Assembly: GCA_964246655.1 (NCBI GenBank)
Contig: CAXTSK010000001.1
Span: 1-40,360, forward strand
Direction of reading: 5' to 3'
DNA length: 40,360 nucleotides
Origin: an uncultured Pyrinomonadaceae bacterium
GTDB lineage: Bacteria > Acidobacteriota > Blastocatellia > Pyrinomonadales > Pyrinomonadaceae
In this document: positions 30,261 to 38,126 of the stretch, in pieces
How the letters are laid out: every line of letters starts with the position of its first letter
Numbering within the stretch: position 1 is the first letter of the stretch
Notes under the pieces: model-generated
The model's input: only the letters and a program-made list of their open reading frames with translations
What the model was told of the DNA's origin: nothing
Database searches by the model: none
Translations under genes and position numbers: made by a program

Positions 30261-30312
30261 TCACATTCACCTCTTTAACAATCCACAATCCGAATTCCGC
30301 AATCCGCAATCA
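30189..30312. repeat. junction palindrome, GATTGCG family, copy 1
   Basis: Left arm gattgcggactgcggattgcggattgcggattcg; right arm caatccacaatccgaattccgcaatccgcaatc. The 56-nt loop contains ATG 30260. Positions 30278-30312 are identical to 38785-38819 (35 nt). Confidence 0.85.
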
Positions 30313-30576
30313 TTCCAGAGCCGTCTGGAACTGGTCGAACTCGTCCTTGAATTGCCCGATCTCCTCCAGGATGCGCAGCGTCTCCATCGCCTCGTGCTCG
30401 TCGATGCGGGTCATCGCGAAGCCGACGTGAATCAACACGTAGTTGCCGACCGCCGCCTCTTCCCTGTCGAGCATCCCGACGTTGACGTTGCGCCGCACGC
30501 CGCCGACCTCGACCTTGGCGATGAAGTTCTCCGCGTCAACTATCTCGACGATCTTTCCGGGTATCGCTAAGCACAT
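30310..30576 (-). CDS. hypC: hydrogenase assembly chaperone HypC/HupF
   Basis: An 88-aa ORF beginning with the invariant MCLAIPGKIVEI. Confidence 0.95.
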   Translation of the reverse strand: MCLAIPGKIVEIVDAENFIAKVEVGGVRRNVNVGMLDREEAAVGNYVLIHVGFAMTRIDEHEAMETLRILEEIGQFKDEFDQFQTALE

Positions 30577-30581
30577 GGGCT

Positions 30582-32900
30582 CTAAATCCTCCCCGCCAAG
30601 AGGCGGGCGTTGGCGACGGCCGCCTGGCCGAGACTGATGCCGCCGTCGTTCGGCGGCACGCGGCTGTGTGTGAAGACCTCGAAGCCTTCGCGCCGGAGCA
30701 GACGGCTCGCGCGTTCGAGCAGGAGCATGTTCTGGAAGACGCCGCCCGACAGCACGACGCGGTTGATTCTTTGCGCGTCCCTCACGCGGCGCGCGACGGA
30801 CGCGATGAGCGAAGCCACTCCGAGATGAAACTTCGCGGAGACCGTCTCGGGCGCGAGCCCTTCGAGCAGGTCTTCGACCGCGGCACGGACGACGCCTTCG
30901 GCCTTGATGACTCCATCTTCAAGCCCGAACTCGTAACCTTGCGCGCACGCGCGGTCGGCCACAGTCTCCAACTCAATCGCCGCCTGCCCTTCGTAGTTGA
31001 CCGCGCTTCGAACACACAGGAGCCCCGCCACGGCGTCGAACAGGCGGCCCATGCTCGACGTTTCGGGACTGTTCGTGCCGGACCTGGTCATGCCGCGCAG
31101 GGCGCCCCACGCGCGCCGGTCGAGCCTTCGGACGAATGGTAAATCCAAGTTTAGAAAGTCGTCGCCGAAAGTGCGTTGCAGGTAGACGGCGGCCATGCGC
31201 CAGGGCTCGCGGACGGCCCGCGCGCCGCCGGGCATCGGGACGTAGTCGAGGTGCGCGACGCGCTCTGCCCTCAAGAAGTCCGCGACGAAGAACTCGCCGC
31301 CCCACATGCGCCCGTCCGCGCCGAAGCCGAGCCCGTCCAGCGCGACGCCGATGACTTCGCCCTCAATCCGGTTGTCGGCCATGCAGCTCGCGACGTGCGC
31401 GTGGTGGTGCTGGACGCCGACGCGCTCGAACTCATCATTGAGCGCGAGCGCGTACTTCGTTGAGAGGTATTCGGGGTGGAGGTCGTGCGCGATTATTTCA
31501 GGCCGCAGTTGAAAGAGGCGCTTGAAGTGCTCGATGCCCTGCTCGTAGGAGCGCAGCGTCTCAAGGTTTTCCAGGTCGCCGACGTGTTGGCTGACGAAGG
31601 CGTGGCGGTCGCGCGCGAGACAGAAGGTGTTCTTCAACTCTGCGCCGCAGGCGAGGACTTCTCTTTTGAACTTAAAGCCCACCGCCAAAGGCGCGGGCGC
31701 GTAGCCGCGCGCGCGGCGCAAGACCATCTCCCGCCCTTCGTGCGCGCGCACCACCGAGTCGTCCGTCCGCATCTTGATTCGCCGGTCGTTGAGCAGCAAA
31801 TAATCTGCGATGTCGTGCAGACGTTCGCGCGCGTCGCCGTCTTCGTAGCAGATGGGCTCGTCGGAGACGTTGCCGCTGGTCAGCACGAGCGGGCGGTCGA
31901 GTTCTTCAAGAAGCAGTTGATGCAAAGGCGTGTACGGCAGCATGAAGCCGAGCGTCTTCACGCCGGGCGCGATGGCGGCGGGGAGGTTCGAGTCTTCTTT
32001 ACGCGCGAGCAGCACGACGGGGCGGCGCGGCGAGAGGAGCAGAGACTCCTCGGCCTCCGAGACGGCACAGTGGCGTCGCACGACTTCGACGGAACTCGCC
32101 ATCAGCGCGAACGGCTTCTCCTCGCGATACTTCCTCCCGCGCAGGCGTTCGACGGCGGCAACGTCCGTCGCGTCGCAGGCGAGGTGGTAACCGCCGACGC
32201 CTTTAACGGCGACGATCTTCCCGCCCAGGAGCAGACGGCGCACGTGGCCGATGATGTCTATTCCATCAACCTCGTCGAACTCGGCTTCAAGCCCGAACGC
32301 GTCCGTCAGCTTCAAATCTGGGCCGCAAGTCCGGCAGGCAATCGGCTCGGCGTGGAAGCGCCGGTCGAGCGGGTTCTCGTATTCGGCGCGGCACTCGTCG
32401 CACATCGCGAAGTCGCGCATCGTGGTGCGCGCGCGGTCGTAAGGCGTGGCCTCGACGATGGTGAAGCGCGGGCCGCAGTTGGTGCAGTTGATGAAGGGGT
32501 AGCGGTAGCGCCTGTCCGTCGGGTCGCGCATCTCGCGCAGGCAGTCCGCGCAGGTCGCCACGTCGGCCGAGACGGGGACGAACTTTTCGCCCGCGTCGGC
32601 GCTCTCGACAATCCGGAAGTCTTCGTACCGCGCCGGGTTTAAGTCATAGTCCGACTCGACCGACTCGACGAGTGCGAGCGGCGGTGCTTCGGTTTTAAGC
32701 TCGCCGACGAATTGCCCGATTGCGTCCTCGTCGCCTTCCACATCGATGAGCACGCCGGCCGTGTCGTTCAAGACCAGACCTTTGAGCGAGTGCCTTCGGG
32801 CGAGCGCGTAGACGAAGGGGCGGAAGCCGACGCCCTGCACGATGCCGCGCACACGTACCCGGACGCGCGTGAGGGTCAGACGTGTTTGGGCGAGGTGCAT
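30582..32900 (-). CDS. hypF: carbamoyltransferase HypF
   Basis: ATG 32900. Acylphosphatase domain VRGIVQGVGFRPFVY; two zinc-finger pairs (CADCLREM...CTNCGPRF and CDECRAEY...CRTCGP); YrdC-like and Kae1-like domains. The upstream extension of the track ORF translates the repeat (ITHHSSLIT). Confidence 0.95.
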   Translation of the reverse strand: MHLAQTRLTLTRVRVRVRGIVQGVGFRPFVYALARRHSLKGLVLNDTAGVLIDVEGDEDAIGQFVGELKTEAPPLALVESVESDYDLNPARYEDFRIVESADAGEKFVPVSADVATCADCLREMRDPTDRRYRYPFINCTNCGPRFTIVEATPYDRARTTMRDFAMCDECRAEYENPLDRRFHAEPIACRTCGPDLKLTDAFGLEAEFDEVDGIDIIGHVRRLLLGGKIVAVKGVGGYHLACDATDVAAVERLRGRKYREEKPFALMASSVEVVRRHCAVSEAEESLLLSPRRPVVLLARKEDSNLPAAIAPGVKTLGFMLPYTPLHQLLLEELDRPLVLTSGNVSDEPICYEDGDARERLHDIADYLLLNDRRIKMRTDDSVVRAHEGREMVLRRARGYAPAPLAVGFKFKREVLACGAELKNTFCLARDRHAFVSQHVGDLENLETLRSYEQGIEHFKRLFQLRPEIIAHDLHPEYLSTKYALALNDEFERVGVQHHHAHVASCMADNRIEGEVIGVALDGLGFGADGRMWGGEFFVADFLRAERVAHLDYVPMPGGARAVREPWRMAAVYLQRTFGDDFLNLDLPFVRRLDRRAWGALRGMTRSGTNSPETSSMGRLFDAVAGLLCVRSAVNYEGQAAIELETVADRACAQGYEFGLEDGVIKAEGVVRAAVEDLLEGLAPETVSAKFHLGVASLIASVARRVRDAQRINRVVLSGGVFQNMLLLERASRLLRREGFEVFTHSRVPPNDGGISLGQAAVANARLLAGRI

Positions 32901-32901
32901 A

Positions 32902-32977
32902 AGAGTGATGAGTGATGAGTGATGAGTGATAAGAAAGACCGGCGGGCCTTTGTCATCACTCATAACTCATCACTTCT
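32902..32977. repeat. junction palindrome, GTGATGA family, copy 1
   Basis: agagtgatgagtgatgagtgatgagtgataag pairs with tcatcactcataactcatcacttct, about 21 bp with 1 mismatch. The right arm encodes the hypB C-terminus and stop. Confidence 0.8.
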
Positions 32978-33630
32978 TTTACCTCGGTCAGGAACTGTAA
33001 AAGTCCGTCCATCCCTGCGCCGGTCTTCGAAGACACTTCGAAGATTTTCATGCCGGGGCGGACGGACTGGATGTTGGCGCGCGCGGCCTCCGCGTCGAAC
33101 TCGACGGCGGCGGCGATGTCCATCTTGGTGATGACGGCCACGTCCGCCGTGTTGAAGATGGTCGGGTACTTCAAGGGCTTGTCCTCGCCCTCGGTCACGG
33201 AGAGCAGCACGAGGCGCAGGCTCTCGCCGAGGTCGTAGCTCGCGGGGCAGACGAGGTTGCCGACGTTCTCGATGAAGAGCACGTCCATCTCTTCGAGTCC
33301 GAAGTCTTCGAGGCTGCGCTCGACCATCGAGGCGTCGAGGTGGCAGACCGTCCCCGTCGTTATCTGCCGGACGGGCGCATGGCTTCGGGCGAGGCGCGCG
33401 GCGTCGTTCTCGGTGGCGAGGTCGCCGACGAGCGCGGCGACGTTGAGCCGGGGCCGCAGCCGCGTGAGCACGCTTTCGAGGAGAGCGGTCTTGCCCGCGC
33501 CGGGGCTTGAGACGAGGCTGACGACGAAGACGCCGGCCGCGCGGAAGCGCTCGCGAAGACGGCGCGCGAGCAGGTCGTTCTGCTTCAGCACGTTCTGCCT
33601 GACTTCGACCAGGCGGGGCTGCGTGCTCAT
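32956..33630 (-). CDS. hypB: hydrogenase nickel-incorporation GTPase HypB
   Basis: P-loop SSPGAGKTALLE, CHLDASMV, ENVGNLVCPA, ITKMD. Confidence 0.95.
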   Translation of the reverse strand: MSTQPRLVEVRQNVLKQNDLLARRLRERFRAAGVFVVSLVSSPGAGKTALLESVLTRLRPRLNVAALVGDLATENDAARLARSHAPVRQITTGTVCHLDASMVERSLEDFGLEEMDVLFIENVGNLVCPASYDLGESLRLVLLSVTEGEDKPLKYPTIFNTADVAVITKMDIAAAVEFDAEAARANIQSVRPGMKIFEVSSKTGAGMDGLLQFLTEVKEVMSYE

Positions 33631-33974
33631 TGTTCCAGCTCCAGTGCCACGACCTCAAGCTCCTTACCGCGCAAGACCTGCGAAGTGGGCGTGCCGCACG
33701 CGGGGCAGAAGAATTTCTGGACGGAGGCGAGCGTCTGCTCCTCCGCGCATGCGGGGCAGAAGACGACGACGGGCACGTCCTCGATGACGAGGCGCGAGCC
33801 TTCGAGCGGCGTGCCCTCGCACGCCACCTCGTAGGAGAAGAGCAGCGCCTCGCGCACGACGCCCGACAGCGGCCCCAACTTCAAGTGAATCGCGCACACC
33901 TGCACACCGCCGCGCCGCGCCGCCTCCTCCGCGGCCATCTCGATCATGCTCATGGCGATGGAAAGCTCGTGCAT
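33627..33974 (-). CDS. hypA: hydrogenase nickel-insertion protein HypA
   Basis: ATG 33974 gives MHELSIA (the Ni-binding N-terminus). Zinc site CPAC...CPACG. ATGA overlap with hypB. Confidence 0.9.
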   Translation of the reverse strand: MHELSIAMSMIEMAAEEAARRGGVQVCAIHLKLGPLSGVVREALLFSYEVACEGTPLEGSRLVIEDVPVVVFCPACAEEQTLASVQKFFCPACGTPTSQVLRGKELEVVALELEQ

Positions 33975-33977
33975 GAG

Positions 33978-34065
33978 AAGAAAGTGAGCAGTGAGCAGTT
34001 GAAAGAAATACTGCCGCGCTCGCTTCAACTTGAAACTGCTCACTGCTCACCGCTCACTGCTTACT
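33978..34065. repeat. junction palindrome, GTGAGCA units
   Basis: A perfect 17-bp stem, gtgagcagtgagcagtt (33984-34000) with aactgctcactgctcac (34034-34050). The right arm carries extra units out to 34065. The inner element agttgaaag...cttcaact resembles 1253-1299. Confidence 0.8.
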
Positions 34066-34635
34066 GGCAACGATGTCGAACTTGAACTTCAGCTCGTTCT
34101 TGACCTTGAGCATGCCGCCGAGGGCCGTGACCGGCTTGATCTTGTAGTCGGCCTGCCGGATAGTAAACTCGCCCTGCGCGCGGAGGTCTTCGTCCTTGAA
34201 AGTCACCTCCGCCTGAATCCAGAGGTTGGGCTGGGTGACGCCGTGCAGGGTCAGGTTGCCGATGACGCGGGCGCGGTAGAGACCTTCCCTGACGCGGCTC
34301 GCCGTGACGCTCGTGCTCTCGAAGGAGACCTCCGGGTACTTCGAGACTTCGAGCGCGTCTTCGCGCATCATGCGGTCGATCTCGGGGCGATCCTTCTCCT
34401 TCGCTTCGTCCACCGTCGCGAGAGAAGCCGCCTTGATCGTCAGGCGGACGCGCGCCCCTTCGAGCGTGCCGGGGACGAACTCGACCTCGCCCCCGAAGTC
34501 GCCGATGCCGATGACGGGGTTGTGGCCGAGCGAAGAGAGCAGCCCCTCTGCGAACGCCTGCACGGTGAACCGGCTCCGGCCGGCGTCGAGCCGGTAGTGA
34601 ACCACTTCCGCAGCTTCCGCGGCGTTTCCGCTCAT
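34054..34635 (-). CDS. YceI-like (polyisoprenoid-binding lipocalin-like) protein, no signal peptide
   Basis: ATG with AGGAAGG upstream. SRFTVQAF...GHNPVIGIGDFGGEVEF...ASLATVD...REDALEVSKYPEVSFEST...GNLTLHGVTQP fits the YceI beta-barrel pattern. Confidence 0.7.
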   Translation of the reverse strand: MSGNAAEAAEVVHYRLDAGRSRFTVQAFAEGLLSSLGHNPVIGIGDFGGEVEFVPGTLEGARVRLTIKAASLATVDEAKEKDRPEIDRMMREDALEVSKYPEVSFESTSVTASRVREGLYRARVIGNLTLHGVTQPNLWIQAEVTFKDEDLRAQGEFTIRQADYKIKPVTALGGMLKVKNELKFKFDIVASKQ

Positions 34636-34719
34636 AAACCTTCCTGACGAGGGCGGCCGTCAGGGCCGGGCCGCCTCTCAGCTTCTACAGCCTCAGACCG
34701 CGGGCGGCCCGCGCCCCGT

Positions 34720-34962
34720 TCACATCGACCTGAGTTTCATGTAGCGCTCGAAGTCCGGGATAATCGTGGACAGTCCTCCGGCGAGGTTGCCCGGCTCCAA
34801 CAGACCGGCCGGCAGCACGCGGCCCAACGCTTCGCGCGCCTGTTGGCGGATGCTCGGGTTCGCCAGCAGCAACCCGGCCCCCACGATCAGGAAGCCGACG
34901 CCGGCGACCAGGAACGCCATCTCGTTCGAGTCGTTCGAACCGTTAGCCTCATTGTCTGCCAT
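34720..34962 (-). CDS. small single-pass membrane protein (80 aa)
   Basis: ATG 34962 with GAGGAGG 6 nt upstream. TM segment MAFLVAGVGFLIVGAGLLLA. The C-terminus IIPDFERYMKLRSM is paralogous to the next small ORF. Confidence 0.55.
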   Translation of the reverse strand: MADNEANGSNDSNEMAFLVAGVGFLIVGAGLLLANPSIRQQAREALGRVLPAGLLEPGNLAGGLSTIIPDFERYMKLRSM

Positions 34963-34983
34963 CACAGTCCTCCTCTTTTGATT

Positions 34984-35060
34984 CGTGATGAGTGATGAGT
35001 GATAAGTGAAGAGATAAGCGGCAAGAAGCGTTATCCTTCTCATCACTTATTACTCATCAC
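34984..35060. repeat. junction palindrome, GTGATGA family, copy 2
   Basis: cgtgatgagtgatgagtgataagtgaagagataagcg pairs imperfectly with cgttatccttctcatcacttattactcatcac. Confidence 0.7.
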
Positions 35061-35066
35061 CGCCTT

Positions 35067-35222
35067 TCACATTCGTACCATGTTCCAATACCGGCGGATG
35101 TCGTGAAGCTGCGAAATCACGCCGACCGCGACGAGCACGAGCACCGCGCCCCCGAGGATGGGCAAGACGCCGACTTGAGGCCGCCGATGCCTTCTCTTCT
35201 CCAAAGACTCTTTCTGTTTCAT
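35067..35222 (-). CDS. small single-pass membrane protein (51 aa; below the ORF-track cutoff)
   Basis: Hand translation gives MKQKESLEKRRHRRPQVGVLPILGGAVLVLVAVGVISQLHDIRRYWNMVRM. Basic N-terminus, one TM segment, and a C-terminal DIRRYWNMVRM matching the DFERYMKLRSM of the 80-aa neighbour. The stop abuts the repeat arm. Confidence 0.45.
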   Translation of the reverse strand: MKQKESLEKRRHRRPQVGVLPILGGAVLVLVAVGVISQLHDIRRYWNMVRM

Positions 35223-35253
35223 CCGAACTCACCCCTTTCTCTAAATGGCCCCT

Positions 35254-35805
35254 TCACGACACCGCCTGTGCGCGACTCTCGTCCAGAATTTTCGTGACAA
35301 GCGACTCGACCACCCCGACGGCCTCTTCGGCGGCGGCCTCGACCGGCCCGCTCAAACCCATCAGCCCCTCCTCGCCGCCGAGCGTCAACGGCTCGCAGCC
35401 GACGAGCAGGATGCGCTTGAACTCGCCGCCCATGGCCTTCACCATGCCGAGCACCTTCAGGGGGTTCATGCCGTGTGTTTCGACCATTATCCCCCCCTCT
35501 CCGGCGTCGTTCAAATCATTCAGGTCGGGCTCGATGGTGTAGAGCGTGCCGGGCTCTCCGCCGCGCGGGGTCGCGTCCACGAAGACGGTCACGTCGGGGC
35601 CGTCCATGATCGCGTAGGCGAGGTCGAAGCCGCGGATGCCGAAGTCCACCACGCGCACGCCTTCGGGAAGTTGCCGTCCGGCGAGGCGTCGCGCGACCTC
35701 GCAGCCGAAGGCGTCGTCGCCCATGAAGATGTTCCCGATGCCTGCGACGAGGATGCTCGTCGATTTCGGATTTGGGATTGCGGATTGCGGATTGAAGGAC
35801 ATCAT
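35254..35805 (-). CDS. [NiFe]-hydrogenase maturation endopeptidase (HupD/HyaD/HybD family)
   Basis: ILVAGIGNIFMGDDAFGCEVARRL, VDFGIRGFDLAY, VFVDA, HGMNP. There is no alternative start between the loop ATG and the conserved core, so the repeat arm (FNPQSAIPNPKS) must be translated. Confidence 0.9.
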   Translation of the reverse strand: MMSFNPQSAIPNPKSTSILVAGIGNIFMGDDAFGCEVARRLAGRQLPEGVRVVDFGIRGFDLAYAIMDGPDVTVFVDATPRGGEPGTLYTIEPDLNDLNDAGEGGIMVETHGMNPLKVLGMVKAMGGEFKRILLVGCEPLTLGGEEGLMGLSGPVEAAAEEAVGVVESLVTKILDESRAQAVS

Positions 35806-35849
35806 TGCTCTCCCTTAATCCGCAATCCGCAATCCGAGTTCCGCAATTG
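35762..35849. repeat. junction palindrome, GATTGCG family, copy 2
   Basis: A perfect 19-bp stem, ggattgcggattgcggatt (35775-35793) with aatccgcaatccgcaatcc (35817-35835). The 23-nt loop holds the overlapping stop (35802-35804) and start (35805-35803). Confidence 0.85.
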
Positions 35850-36146
35850 AGGAAGCGGCTCGACCTCTTCGGGCGAGAAGAAGAAGCGGTGGCCGGGCTG
35901 GCGTTGCATCCCGAGGTCGCGGCCCGGGTCGTCTTCGAGGACGACCGCCAGGTGGTTTCGGCCCTCGTAGTCCTGCTCGATTGATTCGACGACGGCGACC
36001 TGCCCCGCGAGCGCGAGGTCGAAGATGTCGCCGCCCGCCCTCGGGCGCAGACGGACGCGGTCACCCGCTTTGACCTCCACGCCCGAGACGTTGACGCCCT
36101 CGACCTGCGTCTTCTCCTCAAGCAGTTGCCACTCCCACTCGTTCAT
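35802..36146 (-). CDS. conserved hydrogenase-cluster protein of unknown function (114 aa)
   Basis: ATG start with coding-like composition (VKAGDRVRLRPRAGGDIFDLALAGQVAVVESIEQDYEGRNHLAVVLEDDPGRDLG...GHRFFFSPEEVEPL). The last 17 aa derive from the repeat arm. Confidence 0.7.
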   Translation of the reverse strand: MNEWEWQLLEEKTQVEGVNVSGVEVKAGDRVRLRPRAGGDIFDLALAGQVAVVESIEQDYEGRNHLAVVLEDDPGRDLGMQRQPGHRFFFSPEEVEPLPQLRNSDCGLRIKGEQ

Positions 36147-36156
36147 GGCTTCGTTG

Positions 36157-36244
36157 GTGAATAGTGAATGGTAAATAGTAAATGGAGAAAAGAGGAATCG
36201 GTTTTTAACTATTCACCATTTACTATTTACCATTCACTATTTAC
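36157..36244. repeat. junction palindrome, GTGAATA/GTAAATG units
   Basis: The 29-nt arms 36157-36185 and 36216-36244 match 28/29, with 26 contiguous. The AT-rich 7-mers are gtgaata gtgaatg gtaaata gtaaatg. The right arm contains the stop of the 361-aa gene. Confidence 0.85.
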
Positions 36245-37322
36245 TCCCTTTCAGGCTGCGCATCGCGCCGTGCATCTTCATCAACTGTTCGGCGGGGAGT
36301 TGTTCGGTGCGTTCGAGGATGCGGCGGGCGCGTTCGTCGGCGCCGCGCATCTCGCGCTTCTCCTCGTCGGTCATCGTCATGATGCGGAGCGTCAGTATCT
36401 CGTCGATCTCCGTCCCGTCGAAGAGTTCACCCGCCGACTCGGGCGCGATCTGCGGGTAGTCGTAGAGGATGATGGGCGACGAGAGCACACAGCCGCGCTC
36501 GCCTTCTTCCCCCACCAACACCGGGTACGTCCCGACGTTTTGACAACTGGCGGCGGCTTCCTTGTAGCCTTCGGGCGGGTCGAGCAGCGAGACGAACTCG
36601 CCCCCGCGCACGCTCAGGATGGTGTGGGTCGAGACGAAGGAGCGCATCAACGCTTCGTCCCGACTTCTTCCGTCCGCGCCTTCCAACGGCGTCAGATTCA
36701 GGACGCGCACGTTGATTTTGAACGCGCCCGAGTCTACGCGCTCGGCCGAGACCTCGACGGCGCCTTCGACCGCCTGCCGACGGCGGACGACGACGCCCGC
36801 CACTTGACCATTCGTCTCGTCGCGCAGCGGCTCGACCTCCCGGCTCCGCGGGAAAGAGAACGCGAGCCGCCGCGGCCGTTCGACGACTTCGTCCAGGTTA
36901 AGGGACGAGATACTTACGTCGCGCTCGACCGACTCCTGCCACGTCTGAAACAGCCGCCCGCACACTTCGAGCGACGCGACGACGCTCAAATCCGAGTCGA
37001 AGACGTAAGACTGAATCTGCCTGTCGCCCAGGCCCGCGATCCGCGAGGCGCAGTCGGCGCGCGGCACGCACACCTCGCGCTCGGACAGGTGCAGAAATCT
37101 CACCTTCACGTCGAGCGCCGTCGCCACGCCGCCCTCGGCGAGGCATTCGGTCTGCATCGTCCAAGCCTCGGTTCCGCCCTGCGCGCGGCTGTAAGGCTCG
37201 GGGCAGAGCGCGCCGAAGTTCCAACGCTGCTGGTTCTTCACCGCCGACGGCCGGTACGGGTAGAGGATGTACCCCTCGTAGAGCACCGCGTCGGCAATCT
37301 TTTCCACGAGACCGAGATTCAT
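36237..37322 (-). CDS. conserved hydrogenase-cluster protein of unknown function (361 aa)
   Basis: ATG start. MNLGLVEKIADAVLYEGYILYPYRPSAVKNQQRWNFG...PIILYDYPQIAPES...EIDEILTLRIMTMTDEEKREMR. Globular composition and no family I can name. Confidence 0.8.
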   Translation of the reverse strand: MNLGLVEKIADAVLYEGYILYPYRPSAVKNQQRWNFGALCPEPYSRAQGGTEAWTMQTECLAEGGVATALDVKVRFLHLSEREVCVPRADCASRIAGLGDRQIQSYVFDSDLSVVASLEVCGRLFQTWQESVERDVSISSLNLDEVVERPRRLAFSFPRSREVEPLRDETNGQVAGVVVRRRQAVEGAVEVSAERVDSGAFKINVRVLNLTPLEGADGRSRDEALMRSFVSTHTILSVRGGEFVSLLDPPEGYKEAAASCQNVGTYPVLVGEEGERGCVLSSPIILYDYPQIAPESAGELFDGTEIDEILTLRIMTMTDEEKREMRGADERARRILERTEQLPAEQLMKMHGAMRSLKGSK

Positions 37323-37330
37323 AAGGATTT

Positions 37331-37390
37331 CAGTTTTTAGTTTTTAGTTTTCAGTAAGAACGAATGTCATTAACTGAAAACTGAAAACTG
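37331..37390. repeat. junction palindrome, CAGTTTT units
   Basis: cagtttttagtttttagttttcagt (three units) pairs with actgaaaactgaaaactg (two units). Confidence 0.7.
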
Positions 37391-37394
37391 TCTT

Positions 37395-38030
37395 TCAGTC
37401 ATCGTTCGGCATTAAGCTTTCCAACGTCTGTTCCCACGTCGGAATCCCTTGGCGCATCTTGTAGCGGTAGAGCCGGTCGAACACGTCGCGGCGCAGGCGG
37501 AGCCACGCGCTGTTCGGGTAATAGTGCTCCATCATCTCTTCCCAGACGCGCACCGGCAGGCGGAACTGCGCTTCCCTGTCCCAGGGGATCTGCACGGCCT
37601 GCAAGCCGCGCTCGCCGCCCTCGTAAAAGACCGTGCCGCTGAACATCAGGTTGAGCGGCACTTCACCTGCTTCAAGACCGGCGAAATATTTCGTCGCGGC
37701 CACGTTGAAGTCGAAGGTGCAAGGCACGTGCAGGTCAACCAGCGTGCTCCCCGCGAAGTGAGTCACGACGGCGGTCGTGTGCGTCCAGAGCATCGCGCGC
37801 AGGGTGTGGCCCCAACGCTCCGGCTCGCCGAAGAGGTCTTGCAGACGCCCCTTCTCCTCCGCCGTGTAGTGCCGCTTCGTCGTCTCAATCTGAATCTGGC
37901 AGCGCAGCGTGACGCTCTGAATCTGCTCGCCCGCGTCCGCGTTGGCGATGCGCAGCTTGAAGCAGAGCAGCGGCGCCGCCGCGAAGGGTACGACCTCGGC
38001 CCCCTCGACCTTGAAGCTCAGCTCGGGCAC
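37395..38030 (-). CDS. conserved hydrogenase-cluster protein, DUF6084-like (211 aa)
   Basis: GTG 38030 with AAGGAG 4 nt upstream is preferred over the longest-ORF start inside the repeat. PELSFKVEGAEVVPFAAAPLLCFKLRI...LRCQIQIETTKRHY...LFGEPERWG...VPCTFDFNVAATKYF...PLNLMFSGTVFY. Confidence 0.75.
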   Translation of the reverse strand: MPELSFKVEGAEVVPFAAAPLLCFKLRIANADAGEQIQSVTLRCQIQIETTKRHYTAEEKGRLQDLFGEPERWGHTLRAMLWTHTTAVVTHFAGSTLVDLHVPCTFDFNVAATKYFAGLEAGEVPLNLMFSGTVFYEGGERGLQAVQIPWDREAQFRLPVRVWEEMMEHYYPNSAWLRLRRDVFDRLYRYKMRQGIPTWEQTLESLMPNDD

Positions 38031-38042
38031 GAAACTCCTTAA

Positions 38043-38126
38043 GAGCCGTGAACCGTGAGCCGTAAACCGTGACAAGAATAACTGACCTTAAACTTGTCGC
38101 GGTTCACGGTTCACGGTTTACAGCTT
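38043..38126. repeat. junction palindrome, CCGTGAA units
   Basis: gagccgtgaaccgtgagccgtaaaccgtgacaag pairs imperfectly with cttgtcgcggttcacggttcacggtttacagctt. The right arm encodes the upstream C-terminus KAVNREP and its stop. Confidence 0.75.

Noticed and set aside
35050-35232. The 60-aa track ORF MSSDETERVFGEEKASAASSRRLAHPRGRG...
   Set aside because: It has Arg-rich shadow composition. The alternative frame gives a 51-aa TM protein with a C-terminal motif shared with the neighbouring 80-aa protein.
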